This document shows, piece after piece, positions 12,101 through 27,100 of a stretch of 64,000 bases of DNA. Under the pieces are notes generated by a model. That model was not told where the DNA came from. It did not search any database and saw nothing but the letters and a program-made list of their open reading frames with translations. The stretch's first letter is position 1; every line of letters begins with the position of its first letter. The position numbers were made by a program, and so were the translations under genes. The stretch is from Squalus acanthias (Eukaryota), in contig CM059433.1 in assembly GCA_030390025.1 (NCBI GenBank), positions 23,872,001-23,936,000 on the forward strand, in the 5' to 3' direction.

Positions 12101-15100
12101 TTTAATGCGTGGACTTTTTATGATCTGGAATGCGCTGCCTGAAAAGGTTGTGTAAGCAGATTCAATAATAAATTTTGAAAGAAAATTGTTTATGAACTTG
12201 AAAAAGAAAAAATGTAGTGATATGGGGAAAGAGCGGGGGGAGTGGGACTATTTGGATTGAATAGAGTGGGACTAATTGGATTGAATAGCTCTTTCAAAGA
12301 GCCGGCACGGGCACGATGGGCCGAATGGTCTCCTATGCTGTAACATAGGAAACACTTTCCATGTTTCCTGCATTGCAACAGTGACGACACTTCAAAAGCA
12401 CTTCGTTAGCTGTAAAGCGCTTTGAGATGTCCTGAGGTCGTAAAAAGCGTATAAATGCAAGTCTTTCTTTCCTAATAGAATTTAATAAGAAATAAAGGTC
12501 CAATCTGCCTGCCTCTATCTTTGTATCTCTCCCTCACGCTCACACTGGTGTAAGTAATTAGAATGAGAGAATTAGAAGCTTCCTTTTTGCTTGAAAATTT
12601 TTTTAAAAATTGAAAAATGAAGCAAAATTGGGATGGTAAAAGACACACATTCTCAGCTTAATTCACTTACAAAGCTTGTAGAACAGAAGTTACAACAGAT
12701 GTGTAATCAGTACATTCTTGTAATTTTTATATTCTCTTTCCTTTTGTCTCTCACACACACACACCAACCCACACACCCCTCCCTCTCTGCTTAAAAAAAT
12801 ACTCAAAAGAAATTTACCTGAATTTTTTCCACTTGCTTTTCTTGAATTTTACAAAACAACCAAATTTTTGTTAGAGACTGAGGGTGAAGTATTCTGTCAT
12901 TTGGCTAGCTGATGCACCCTGGCAAATTTTAGCGCACTGCACATACTCAGACTACCTTCAGCTAACATTGTCACCACGCTGAGCAAAAATATCAAGTCAA
13001 GTTTTTTTGATTTTTGGGGGGGGATTGAGCTGTGTTTTTAAAAAAGTGATTTCACACCAGTTTGAAAAAAAAAATCCACAGATTGCAGGCATGCAAGATG
13101 TTTATTGAAGCCAGACAAGCCAGTTCCTGGAATGGAACAGCTCACCTTTGATTTTAAACTGATACAGTGAGGGTCAATTCTCACCCCAGGCCCATTAGCC
13201 AGAATTGTCTCCATTCATTTTCAGAACAGCAGGAGATATGATTTCCTTAAACCAACATCCCAAAGGAGGAGCAGAGGAACTGGTTTCATTTACAGCCCTC
13301 ATGATGGATCACTAACTGGGAGGAAGTCCGTGCCATAACTCTGTTCCTGGTTGAGGGCACAAAGAAAAAAAAATGACAGGAGGACACATGGGCAGCCAGC
13401 AAGGTTTTAAAACAAGATACTGAAATAGAAACATAGGAGCAGGAGTAGGCCATTCGGCCCCTCGAGCCTGTTCCGCCATTCAATGCGATCATGGCTGATC
13501 ATCCAAATTCAGTACCCTGTCCCTGCTTTCTCCCCATATCCCTTGATCCCCTTAGCCTTAAGAAATATATCTAACTCCTTCTTGGATATATTTAATGAAT
13601 TGGCCTCAACTGCCTTCTGTGGTAGTGTTCCACAGGTTCACCACTCTCTGGGTGAAGAAATTCCTCCTCTTCTCAGTCCTAAATGGCTTACCCCTTATCC
13701 TTAGACTGTGACCCCTGGTTCTGGACTCCCCCGCCATCGGGAACATCCTTCCTGCATCTAGTCTGTCTAGTCCTGTTAGAATTTTATAAGTTTCAATGAG
13801 ATCCCCTCTCATTCTTCTAAACTCTCGCGAATATAAGCCTAATCGACCCAATCTCTCTTCATACGTCATTCCTGCCATCCCAGGTATCAGTCTGGTAAAT
13901 CTTCGCTGCACTCCCTCCATGGCAAGAACATCCTTCCTCAGATAAGGTGACCAAAACTGCACACACTACTCAAGGTGTGGTCTCACCAAGGCCCTGTACA
14001 ACTGCAGCAAGACATCCTTGCTCCTGTACTCGAATCCTCTCGCTATGAAGGCCAACATACCATTTGCCTTCTTAACCGCCTGCTGCACCTGCATGCTTAC
14101 CTTCAGCGACTGGCGCACAAGGACACCCAGGTCTCGTTGCACTTCCCCTTTTCCCAGTCTATTGCCGTTCAGATAATAATCTGCCTTCCTGTTTTTGCCA
14201 CCAAAGTGGATAACCTCGCATTTATCCACATTGGGCAGATGCATGGCAACCTGCCCAAATCATACTGGAGTTTCTCTGCATCCTCCTCACAGCACACACG
14301 CCCACCCAGCTTTGTGTCATCTGCAAACTTGGAGATATTACATCTAGTTCTCTCGTCTAGATCATTAATATATATTGTGAATAATTGGGGTCCCAGCACC
14401 GATCCCTGCGGTACCCCACTAGTCACTGCCTGCCACTCGGAAAAAGACCCGTTTATTCCAACTCTGCTTCCTGTCTGCCAACCAGTTCTCTCTCCAAGTC
14501 AGTACCTTACCCCCAATCCCATGTGCTTTAACTTTGCACGCTAATCTCTTATGCGGGACCTTATCGAAAGCCTTCTGAAAGTCCAAATACACCACATCCA
14601 CTGGTTCTCCCTTATCTATTCTACCAGTTACATCCTCAAAACATTCCAGTAGATTAGTCAAGCATGATTTACCTTTTGTAAATCCATGTTGACTTTGTCC
14701 GATCCTGTCACTGTTTTCCAAGTGCTCTGCTATTACATCTTTTATAATGGACTCTAGCATTTTCCCCATTACCGATGTTAAGCTTACCGGTCTATAATTC
14801 CCTGTTTTCTCTCTACCACCTTTTTTTAAATAGTGGGGTTACATTAGCTATCCTCCAATCCATGGGAACTGTTCCAGAGTCTATAGAATTTTGGAAGATG
14901 ACCAGCAATGCATCTACTATTTCTAGGGCCACTTCCTTAAGTACCCTAGGATGTAGATTATCAGGCCCTGTGGATTTATCGGCCTTCAATCCCGTCAATT
15001 TCCCTAACACCATTTCCATTTCATTCAGTTCCTCTCTCTCATTAGACCCTATGTTCCCCGACATCTCTGGGAGGTTATTTGTGTCCTCCTTTGTGAAGAC

Positions 15101-18100
15101 AGAACCAAAGTATGTATTTAATTGGTCTGCCATTTCTTTGTTCCCCATTATAAATTCCCCTGATTCTGACTGCAAGGGACCTACGCTTGACTTCACCAAT
15201 CTTTTTCTCTTCACATATCTATAGAAGCTTTTACAGTCAGTTTTTATGTTCCCTGCAAGCTTACTCTCATAATCTATTTCCCCCCTCTTAATTAATCCCT
15301 TTGTCCTCCTTTGCTGAATCCTAAACTGCTCCCAATCCTCAAGTTTGCTGCTTTTTCTGGCCAATTTTTATGTCCGCTCCTTGGATCTTATGCTATCCCT
15401 AATTTCCCTTGTTAGCCACGGTTAAGTCACCTTTTTAGTTTCATTTTTATGCCAAACAGGGATGAACAAATTCTGTAGTTCATCCATGTGACCTTTAAAT
15501 GTTTGCCATTGCCTATCCACCGTCAACCCTTTCAGTAACATTTACCAATCCATCCTAGCCAACTCGCGCCTCATACCATCGTAGTTTCCTTTATTTAAAT
15601 TCAGTACCCTAGTCTCTGAGTCAACTACTTCACTCTCCATCTTAATGAAGAATTCGATCATATTATGATCGCTCCTCCCCAAGGGGCCTCGCACAATAAG
15701 ATTGCTAATTAATCCTTTCTCATTACATAATACCCAGTCTAAGATGGCCTGATCTCTAGTTGGTTCCTCGGCATATTGGTCCAGGAAACCATACACTCTA
15801 GGAATTCCTCCTCCACAGTATTGTTAATAATTTGGTTAGCCCAATCTATATGTAGATTAAAGTCACCCATGATAACTGCTGCGCCCTTATTGCACGTGTC
15901 TCTAATTTCCCGTTTAATGCCATCCCCAACCTCAGCATTACAGTTTGGGGGTCTATATACAACTCCCACTAACGTTTTCTGCCCCTTGGTATTTCTCAGC
16001 TCTGCCCATACAGATTCCACATCATCAGAGCTAATATCCTTCCTTACTATTGTGTTAATCTCCTCTTTAACCAGCAATGCTACCCCACCTCCTTTTCCTT
16101 TTTGCCTGTTTTTCCTGAATATTGAATACCCCTGGATGTTGAATCCCAGCCTTGGTCACCCTGGAGGCATGTCTCCGTAATCCCAATTATATCATATCCA
16201 TTTACATCTATTTGCGCAGCTAATTCATCCACCTTATTACGAATGCTCCTCACATTAAGACACAAAGCCTTCAGGCTTTTTTTTAACACTCTTAGACCTT
16301 TTAGAATTATTGTTTACTGTGGCCATGTTTGATTTACACCCTTGATTTCTCTGACTGCCACTTTTGCTTTTCTCCTTCCTTTTGCTTCTATCCTTGCTTC
16401 CCTTTCCTCTGTTTCCCTGCACAGGTTCCCAACCCCCTGCCATTTTATTTTAAACCCTCCCCAACAGCACAAGCAAACACTCCCCCTAGGACATCGGTCC
16501 CGGTCCTGCCCAGGTGCAAACCGTCCAGCTTGTACTGGTCCCACCTCCCCCAGAACTGGTTCCAATGTTCCAGGAATTTGAATCCCTCCCCCTTGCACCA
16601 TTCCTCTAGCCACGTATTCATCTGAAATATCCTTCTATTTCTACTCTGACTAGCACGTGGCACTGGTAGCAATCCTGAGATTACTACTTTTGAGGTCCTA
16701 TTTTTTAATTTGCCTCCGAACTCCCAATATTCAGCTTTTAGGACCTCATCCCATTTTTTACCGATATCGTTGGTACCTATATGCACCACGACAACTGGCT
16801 GTTCACCCTCCCCCTCCAGAATGCCCTGCAGCCGCTCCGAGACACCCTTGACCCTTGCACCAGGGAGGCAACATACCATCCTGGAGTCTCGTTTGCGGCC
16901 GCAGAAATGCCTATCTATTCCCCTTACAATAGAATCCCCTATCACTATAGCTCTCCCGCTCTTTTTCCTCCCATGCTGTGCAGCAGCACCACCCATGGTG
17001 CCAGGAAGTTGGTTGCTGTTGCCTTCCCCCGATAAGCCATCTCCCCCAACAATATCCAAAGCGGTATATCTGTTTGAGAGGGGGATTGACAGGGGACCCC
17101 TGCACAACCTGCCTGAGACCCAGAGCTGGAAGCTAAAATGTAGGAGGTCAGTTTAGAAAGATTGGAGAAGCGTATGCAAAGGCACATGCAAAGGACAGAA
17201 TATCCAGTTCAGAATACAAGGTCCGATTGTTACAGCTCTGAGTTATGCTATTGTATAATTAGATATTGGGCAATATGGACATACTCCCAAATGTAAGATG
17301 CTCAGATCACTTATGGGAGTGACCAGCATTGCTTTACCCAAGCAAATATTTATAATACCCAGGCTTTTAGAAGAGACTGACATCTTCGAGTGAAAACTTA
17401 AATGAATTTAAAATCTTTCTTTGATTTAGTGCCTTTAGTTGATGTGCTACGTGTAACTGAGAAAAACAATTTGCTCTTCTATTAGCAGGTAGACAGTGAA
17501 AAAGATCACTTTACTGGTGTCATTGATGCTGAAGAAAACGAAAGGCCTGAAGAAGCAAACCTTCAGGTAGTAACCTTACTTTGTTTTAAAAAAAAATTAA
17601 ATGTTTTCCGTATTGCAGCAGACCGCATCATTCTACCAGAACTGTAGAGCACATGTGCATTTACCAAAGCATTCTACTTAACAGTCCGTAACAAAAACAT
17701 ATTTTGTTGGACTTTGATTATTAACAGTTTATGCAGTGACATCTTAAATAAAAATCCATATGTAAATGTAAAAGAAAGAAAGGAAAAAAGACTTGCATGT
17801 ATTTAGTGCCTTTCACAACTTCAGGACGTCCCAAAGCGCCAATGAAGTACTTTTGAAGTGTAGTCACTGTTGTAATGTAGGAAACGGGCAGCCAATTTGC
17901 AAACAGCAAGGTCCCGCAAACAGCAATGAGACAATGACCAGATAATCTGGTTTAGTGATGTAGGTTGAAGGATAAATATTGACCAGGACACTGGGGAGAA
18001 CTTCACAGCTCTTTTTCAAAATAGTGCCATGGGGTCTTTTACGTCCACCCGAGAGGGCAGACCGGGCCTCAGTTTAACATCTCAACTGGCACCTCTAACG

Positions 18101-21100
18101 GTGCAGCACTCATTCAGTACTGTATTGGAGTGTCAGCCTAGATTTTGTGCTCAAGTCTATGGAGTGGGACAACCTTTTGATTCCATGGCAAGACTGTTAC
18201 CACTCAGCCACAACTGACTCACCACGTACCATAGTAAATTACTGTAGACTAGATTTTCTGATTGGCTTTAACACCAGCATTAACTTCTTTGAAACTAATG
18301 GGCTAATGCCGATGTTCAAGTAATGCCGTTCGAAAAATCAAAAATTTGTGTGAATCTTTACATATCCATGTGTAGTGTTCTACAGTCACACAGTAAAAGT
18401 TCACATTTCAGTTGTTGCCTCTGTGTGTATAATTATATGCATCTTGATCATAACTAGCAAAAATACTAGTTTTCTACTAAAGTGCTAGACTTTATTTTGA
18501 ATCTCAGTCTTGATGGATATTTGTAATCGGGCTTACCCGAGGCTTTGTCAGCCTTAGCTGAATTGTTAATGGACGATGAGAAAATGGGGAGCTAAAAAGA
18601 AAGGAGAAGGTGGGGTATTCCACACTTCTCCAGTGTGCCTCTTAGCAGATTGAGCAATGAATAGGGTTAATGATGTCCATGGATTGTTCTGGTTTCCTAG
18701 CCGAAAATGTTGACTTGGATATGTGGGCCAAACTGAAGGGGTTTAGCATTCAATTTATTGTGATTTAAAGGTTTTGTTGTGGATATTTTCTTGTATTAGT
18801 TTGCCATTTAAATTGATACTCGTCAGTCTGTCATGGCATTGCACAAGGACGGCCAACACCAAGTGCAGCCTTCAAGTGAAGTGGAGTTAGAGGGTAGGGG
18901 ATAATTGGAGCATGGCATTCACTGGCAAGTTGGGAAGCAGAGAAGTAGAGTTTGTTGGAACATGAGTTTCTCTACACTGCAGGCTGAGGATCTAAGACAT
19001 GTAAAACTGAGGTGCTGCAGTGGTATTGCTGGTGGGAGGGTGTAAATACTGTAGACAAGTTTATGTTGTCAGTTTTTTGTAATAGATGTGCGCATAGGAA
19101 TTTATAATGAAAAGTTGACACAAAAGTGTGACAATCTTATATCTATGTGCACATCCTGTTACTTTAAAAATATATGCTAGATGTTTTATTTCAATTCTGT
19201 GTATCGAAAGTGTTAAAGCTTGTGTTTTTATTGGGGAGTGGGTGGGTTCATGCTTACACGGGAGATTAGTTGAGGGGAGATCATATACAGTTAAAGGTGG
19301 TGCCACACCAGCAACCAGTTCTAATATAAAAACTAGATTTCATGGCATTAATTTTTTTTGGAAGATTGCATTCAGCACTTGGCATTGGCCCAAAAACTGC
19401 ATCTGGCATAGCTCCAGAGTACGCCGCGACCTGCGAAAATAATACTATTACAAGGATGGACAACTAGTATCTCATGAGCTGCATGTGCCTCTTCTGGTGC
19501 TGAAGTGCAGCTCTTTGAAACCTTTTTAGGAGCCTTGCCCAGGCCCTCAATTCCAATGTGAAAAGTGCAGAATAACAAAAGACAAAATCTGCCATAACAA
19601 AGAAGGTAGCCTTCCTTCTGTTTTGGCCTAAGCAATCTATATTGAATTATATTTGCTGCTGGGTTACAGTAAGAACTAGTGCCATCCTTGGCTACATCAC
19701 AACATGCTAATGAAGGAAGGGATCCCAAACTCGGGTATCGCCTTTCGCAAAAGCAAAGCTTTTCATTTTTTGGTGATAGTATTGCTGGGGAATACAATTT
19801 TATTCAACCCCGTGTTCATTTAGTAGATTTTATTAAGTATTTTTAGTGGAGGCGTTAACCTATTTAAAATACATGGCATAACACTAACATCAAAATACCA
19901 GACAAAGGAATGTCAGGTGAATGTGTTAAGCGTTCATCTGCCATTATCTCCAGCAGTACTTTCTGGACCTGTGTATATCCAATCTTCAGGTTGAGAAGCT
20001 TCAGATGTCTAAAGAGCAGCTCCTGATTGAAAAGTGTTGTTAGGAGGGGGTAAAGAGAAACTGGAATCAAAAGAAGTTCTGGACTACAAGTGTAACTAAA
20101 ACATGCATTCAGTCTGTCTTTTGGGATCTTGGAGGCATCTTCAAAAATGAGATTTTCTAATCAAATGTACATTCTCATGGCCAATGGAAAGATCGATTGT
20201 AAGCGAGAGGGAGGTTTCAGTAAAGAAACGCAGCAGCCAATTAGTGTGCAGCAAGGTCCCACAAATGGCAATGAGTTGAATGACCAGTTAATCTATTTTT
20301 AGTGGTGGTGGTTAAGGGATAAATGTAGACCAGGACATCAGGAGAACTCCCTGATCTTCAAAAAAAAAATGTGCCATGCGATCCTTTACGTCCATCTGAG
20401 CAAGCAGAATGGTTTAATGTCTCAACTGAAAGTTGGCAATTTTAATGATGCAGCACACCCTGAGTACTGCACTGAAGTGTCAGCCTGCATTGTACGGTCA
20501 ATTTCTGGAGTGGGGCTTGAACTCGTGACCACCTGATTCAGGTGAAAATGCTACCAAATGAGCGAAGCTGATGTAACTGTAGTCAAATTAGAGACATTCA
20601 ATTCATCTAACTCGACAAACTATTTAAAAACAAACATGCACAGATCATGGTTTGCCTTTTTAACTGAGATAAACTATTTTATCTGTATTTGTTTGTGGAG
20701 TGATTCATCAAATTTTAGCCTGAATGTGTACCATATCCAGCGGGAACTGCTACACACACACTCAACCTTTAGACAATCAGGCAGTTCAAAATCTGGCAAA
20801 GAAGTAAAAGGGAGCACCACTGCTGCTACTATGACGAGTACAAGCCTTCACTGATACTGTTGTCTGCAGTAGAAAAGAAGCGAGAGGGTGTTACCTGGAG
20901 TAGAGGTGCTGCTTGATGTTGAGGGGAATGAGAGAATATGATTCGAATTTCAGGTAAATATTTTGACGCAAGGCATGTCAAAATTGTTGGGCTAGGCTTC
21001 AAAATTTCTTGCTCAATTTCTCCATAGTTGTAGTTACAGTAAGAATGTCAGTGAGTAATCCAGAGGGCAGCCAAATGGCATTTGGTGAGCTAATGTGTTT

Positions 21101-24100
21101 CTCCTGTGGCTAAATAGCTTAGCTATAGTTGTTCACACACACAACCAAGCTAAGGGTAGCAAACTGAAACTATGCTGCCACTGTTGTCGAAAGCACAGAT
21201 GTTCAGTGCAGTACAGCATGCAAATTTGAAATAGAAAACTATTCAGATGGAGGGGAGGAATCACTGTTGCTTTACTACAAGATGGTTTGTGATGACAGGG
21301 ACTTGATGGACGTAAAAGGCACGATTTTTATCCTGCCCGTCTGGTGGAAGTGTGGCGGTCAGGGGAGTTGAAATCACTTTTGGGTACTTCCCGCTCCATT
21401 CCCGAACCGTTCTCACCCATTGCCATTTTAACATTGGGAGTTATTACATTCAGCACAGACGCCCGTCACAGGCTTCATGAGTATATTTGAATTAATAAAA
21501 AAATAAGGACAAAATTGAAACTAAAGAAAAAGACATACACTAAGTACATAGACAATAAAGGAGAGGATGATAAAAGGGAATACGAAAAGATTAGGAAATA
21601 ATATTGAGAAACAAAAACTCCACGGGAAAAATGATCCAACCGTGGCTAACTAAAGAAGTTAAGGATAGCATTAGATTGAAAGAAGAAGCTTATAATGTTG
21701 CAAAGAATAAGAGTAAGCCTGAGGATTGGGAGAATTTCAGAAACCAACAAAAGTTGACCAAAAAATTGATAAGGAAAAAAATAGAATGAGAGAAAAAGAG
21801 CAAGAAATATAAAAGCAGATTGTAAGAGTTTCTACAAGTATGTAAAAAGGAAAAGAGTAGCAAAAGTAAACATTGGTCCCTTAGAGGCTGAGACAGGAGA
21901 AATTATTATGGGGAATAAGGAAATGGCAGAAAAGTTAAACAAATATTTTGTATCTGTCTTCACAGTAGAAGACACAAAAAATACCAAAAATGGTGGGGAA
22001 ACAAGGATCTAATGAGGCTGAGGAACTTAACGTAATTAATATAAGTAGGGAAAAAGTACTAGAGAAACTAATGGGACTAAAAGCCGACAAATCCCCTCGA
22101 CCTGACGGCCTGCATCCTAGGGTTCTAAAAGGAGTGGCAGAAGAGATAGTCGATGCATTGCTTTTGATCTTCCAAAATTCCCTAGATTCTAGAATGGTCC
22201 CAGCGGATTGGAAGGTCGCAAATGTAACACCGCTATTCAAGAAAGGAGGGAGAGAAAAAAGAGTTAGCCTGACATCAGTCGTCGGGAAAATGCTGGAATC
22301 CATTGTTGAGGAAGTGGAATCAAGTCACTTAAGAAATAGGCAGAGTCAACATGGTTTTATGAAAGAGAAATCGTGTTTGACAAATTTATTCAAGTTTTTT
22401 GAGGATGTAACTAACAGGGTAGATAAAGGGGAGCCAGTGGATATAGTATATTTGGATTTCCAAAAGGCATTCGATAAGGTGCCACATTAAAGGTTATTAC
22501 ACAAGATTAGAGCTCATGGGGTTGGGGGTAATTTAGTAGCTTGGATAGCGGACAGAAAACAGAGAGTAGGGATAAACGGATCTTTTTCAGCTTGGCAGGT
22601 TGTAACTAGTGGGGTTCCTCAAGGATCAGTGTTGGGGCCTCAGCTATTTACAATCTATATTAATGACCTAGCTGAAGGGACCGAGTGTAATGTATCCAAG
22701 TTTGCTGATGATACAAAGCTGGGTGGGACAGTAAGCTGTGAGGAGAACGCACTGGGCTGGATTTTACCAGCCCTGAGGAGGCGGGTTTGAAGGCAGCATT
22801 GCTGGGAAAATCCCCAAAAATGGGAGCCGCCTCCAACCAATCTTCCCGGGAGTCGGGTCCCCGATTTGCGCAGGCAGTTAAGAGGCTTTTTCCAATTTTT
22901 CAACTGCTGCTGCGGGCTTCCCGGCGTCGGGAAACCCCGCCAGGGTAAGTGAGGCGTGATGTGGGTCTGTAGTAATGTTTGTGTATAGATGACAGCTGCA
23001 GAAGTGGTGTGAAGGATGCAATGGGACACTGGTTAGTATCTGAGGTAAGGACATGTTGTGAAAGTAATTTTTAATGTGGTTAGATGTTTCTGCAGGTGAC
23101 AAGCTGTGAAGTGTTTGTGTCGCCTCATCTCATCGGGAGAAGTGACAGATGGCTTCTGCAATCTCAGCTGCAGCTGCCATCTGTTTTATCCTAAGGAGAG
23201 AGTAATTGGAGAGCCTAGGTACAAGCGCTCACCTTTGGACAGTGATTGTCAGTGTTTGACAGAACCTCAATGCTGTCAAACACTGTCAAATCATCTGTCA
23301 AACAAGTGTGGTGCATATGCCTTTAAGAAAACTGGCAGATGAAGTGTCATCAACTGATGTCATCTGACACCGACTTTCCCTTAATTGGCCGGCAAGCCCG
23401 CAGGGCAGGCTTAACAAGGCCAATCAGGGCAAAATAGCGTTTGTTCGTCAGACGTCGCTGGGGGCGGGACTAGAACTCGGAAGGCAGCAGTCCTGCCCCC
23501 AACGTGTCTCGGTGAGTAAAATCCAGCTCGCAGAGTCAGCAAAGGGATATAGATAGACTGAGTGGGCAGTAAAGTGGCAGATGGAGTATAATGTAGGGAA
23601 ATGTGAGGTTATTCACTTTGGCAGGAAGAATAGAAAAACAGTATTTTTCAAATGGTGAGAAACTTTCAAATGTTGGTGTTCAGAGAGATTTGGGTGTCCT
23701 TGTGCAAGAAACACAGAAGCTAGTATGCAGGTACAGCAAGCAATAAGGAAGGCAAATGGCATGTTGGCCTTTATTGCAAGGGGGTTGGAGTATAAGAGTA
23801 AGGAAATCTTGCTACAATTGTACAGGGCCTTGTTGAGACCACACCTGGAGTACTGTGCACAGTTTTGGTCTCCTTATCGAAGGAAGGATATACTTGCCTT
23901 TTTTGGCGGTGCAATGAAGGTTCACTAGATTGATTCCTGGGGTGAGGGCTGTCCTATGATGAGAGATTGTGTAGAATGGGCCTATGCTCTCTGGAGTTTA
24001 GAAGAATGAGAGGTGATCTTATTGAAACATACAAGATTCTGAAGGGGATTGACAGGGTAGATGCTGAGAGGTTGTTTCCGCTGGCTGGAGTGCCTAGAAC

Positions 24101-27100
24101 TAAGGGCATAGTCTCAGGATAAGGGGTAGGCCATTTAAGACTGAGATGAGGAGGAATTTCTTCACTCAGGGCTGTGAATGCTGTGTCTTTGAGTATGTTC
24201 AAGGCTGAGCTAGATAGATTTTTGCACTCTAGGGGAAACAAGGGATATGGAGATTGGGCGGGAAAGTGGAGTTGAGGTCGATGATCAGCCATGATCTTAT
24301 TGAATAGCGGAGCAGGTTTGGGGGGGACGTATGGCCTACTCCTGCTCTTATTTCTTATGTTCTTATAGGACAATCCCCCCATCCCAGGAGCCAGTCTGAT
24401 GAACCTTCGTTGCATTCCCTCTATGGCAAGTATATCCTTTCTTGGGTAAGGAGACCAAAACTGTACACAATACTCCAGGTGTGGTCTCACCAGGGCCCCA
24501 TATAATTGCAGTAAGACGTCTTTACTCTTATACTCTAATCTTCTTGTAATAAAGGCCAACATACCATTTGCTTTCCTAATTGCTTGCTGTACCTGCATGT
24601 TAACTTTCAGTGATTCGTGTACAAGGACACCCAGGTCCCTCTGAACACCAACATTTCCCAATCTCTCACCATTTAAAAAATACTCTGGTTTTCTGTTTTT
24701 CCTACCAAAGTGGATAACTTCACATTTCTCCACATTATATTCCATTTGCCATGTTCTTACCCACTCACTTAGCCTGTCTGTATCCCCTTGAAGTCTCCTT
24801 GCATCCTCCTCACAGCTTATCTTCCCACCCAGCTTTATATCATCAGCAAACTTGCATATATTACATTTGGTCCCCTCATCCAAATCATTGATGTAGATTG
24901 TGAATAGCTGAGGCCCAAGCACTGATCCTTGCAGTACCCAACTAGTTTCAGCCTGCCAACCTGAAAATGACCCGTTTATTCCTACTCTCTTTTTTATCCC
25001 TTAAGCAATCCTTAATCCCTGCTTGTATATTACCCCCAATCCCATGAGCCTTAATTTTGTTTAATAACCTCTTGTGTGGCACCTTATCAAATACCTTCTG
25101 AAAATCCAAATACACCACATCCACTGGTTCCCCCTTATCTATTCTGCTAGTTACAACCTCAAAAAATTCTAACAGATTTGTCAAATATGATTTCCCTTTC
25201 ATAAATCCATGTTGACTCTGCCCAATCCGATTATTATTTTTGAAGTGCCCTGTTACCACGTCCTTCATAATAGATTCTAGCATTTTCCCTACTACTGATG
25301 TCAGGCTAACTGGTCTGTAATTCCCCGTTTTCTCTCTCCCTCCTTTCTTATATAGTGGGGTTACATTTGCTACCTTCCAATCCGCGGGAACCGTTCCAGA
25401 ATCTATGGAATTTTGAAAAATGACAGCCAATGCATCCACTATCTCTATAGCCACGTCTTTCAAAGCCCTAGGATGTAGGCCATCAGGTCCAGGGGATTTA
25501 TCGGCTTTCAGTCCCATTCATTTCTCCAGTACTTTTTTTTACTAATACTAATTTCTTTCAGTTCCTCATTCTCGCTAGAGCCTTGGTTCTCTACTATTTC
25601 CGGGAAGTTTTTTGCATCTTCTTCCGTAAAGACAGACACAAAGTATTTGTTCAATTTCTCTGCCATTTCCTTATTCCCCATTATAATTTCTCCTGTCTCA
25701 GCCTGTAAGGGACCCACATTTACTTTCGCTAATCTTTTCCTTTTTACATACCTATAGAAGCTTTTACAGTCTGTTTTTATGTCTCTTGCTAGTTTACTCT
25801 CTCATTCTATTTTCCCTTTCTTCATCAATTTCTTGGTCCTCCTTTGCTGAATTCTAAAATCCTCCCAATCCTCAGGCTTACTGCTCTTTTTGGCAACATT
25901 ATGAGCCTCTTCCTTTGATCTAATACTATCTTTAACTTCTCTTGTTAGCCACGGTTGGACCACTTTTCCTGTGGGGTTTTTGTGCCTTAAAGGACTGTAC
26001 ATTTTTTGTAAATTATGTATTAATTCTTTAAATGCTAGCCATTGCTTGTCTACCGTTATACCTTTTAATGTAGTGTCCCAATCTACCGTAGCCATCTCGC
26101 CCCTCATATCTATGTACTTTGCTTTGTTTAGATTTAAGACCCTAGTTTCCGATTTAACTAAATCACTTTCAACCTCAATATAAAATTCTATCATATTATG
26201 GTCACTTTTCCCTAAAGACCCCTTTTACTACAAGGTTATTAATTCTCATTGCACAATACTAGATCTAAAATAGCCTGTTCCCGAGTTGGTTCCTCAACAC
26301 ACTGATGTAGAAAACTATTTTGCATACATTCCATGAATTTGTCCTCTGCACTATTACTGCAAATTTGGTTTGCCCAGTCTATATGTAGATTAAAGTCCCC
26401 CATGATCACTGTATTACCCTTGTTACATGCACCTCTAATTTCCTGATTTATACTCTGCCCTACATTACAACTACTGTTTGGGGGCCTATAAACAACTCCC
26501 ACCAATGTTTTCTGCCCCTTGCTGTTTCTTAGCTCCACACAAACTGATTCTACTTCTTGATTTTCGGAGCTAAGATCCTTTCTCTCTACTGTCCTTATCC
26601 CATCATTTATTATCGGGCTACACCTCCTCCTTTTCCATTTTGCCTATCTCTTCTAAAAGTTAAGTATCCTGGCATATTTAGTTCCCAACCTTGGCCACTT
26701 TGCAACCATGTTTCCGTTATGGCTATTAGATCAAACCTATTAATTTCTATCTGTACCATTAATTCATCTATTTTGTTGCGAATGCTTCGTGCATTCAGAT
26801 ATAGTGCCTTTAGCTCTGACTTATTTCTATTTTTCCCTGATGCCACCTTAGTCACTGATGCCTTATTACCTTTGTTACTCTCTCTGTTCCTTCCTGACCC
26901 ACTCTGCTTATTTTTACCCAAAACTCTACTGTGTTCTAGAGCTTTGACATTTCTCTCGCTGCTTTTAAATTTACTCTTTCCTGAATCCTCCCACCACCCC
27001 TTCATTAGTTTAAAGCCCTGTCTACTGCCCTAGTTATTTGGTTCGCCAGGACACTGGTCCCAGTCCGGTTTAAGTGGAGCCCGTCCCAATGGAACAGCTC

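Noticed and set aside
16445..17107. 220-aa SGNH/GDSL esterase ORF as a host or domesticated gene
   Set aside because: It is the normal CR1 ORF1 esterase domain, directly upstream of APE-RT and 5'-truncated
23954..24922. 322-aa minus-strand ORF that looks like an RT with a novel C-terminus
   Set aside because: Chance read-through from a broken minus CR1 into the antisense of a plus CR1 tail at 24365
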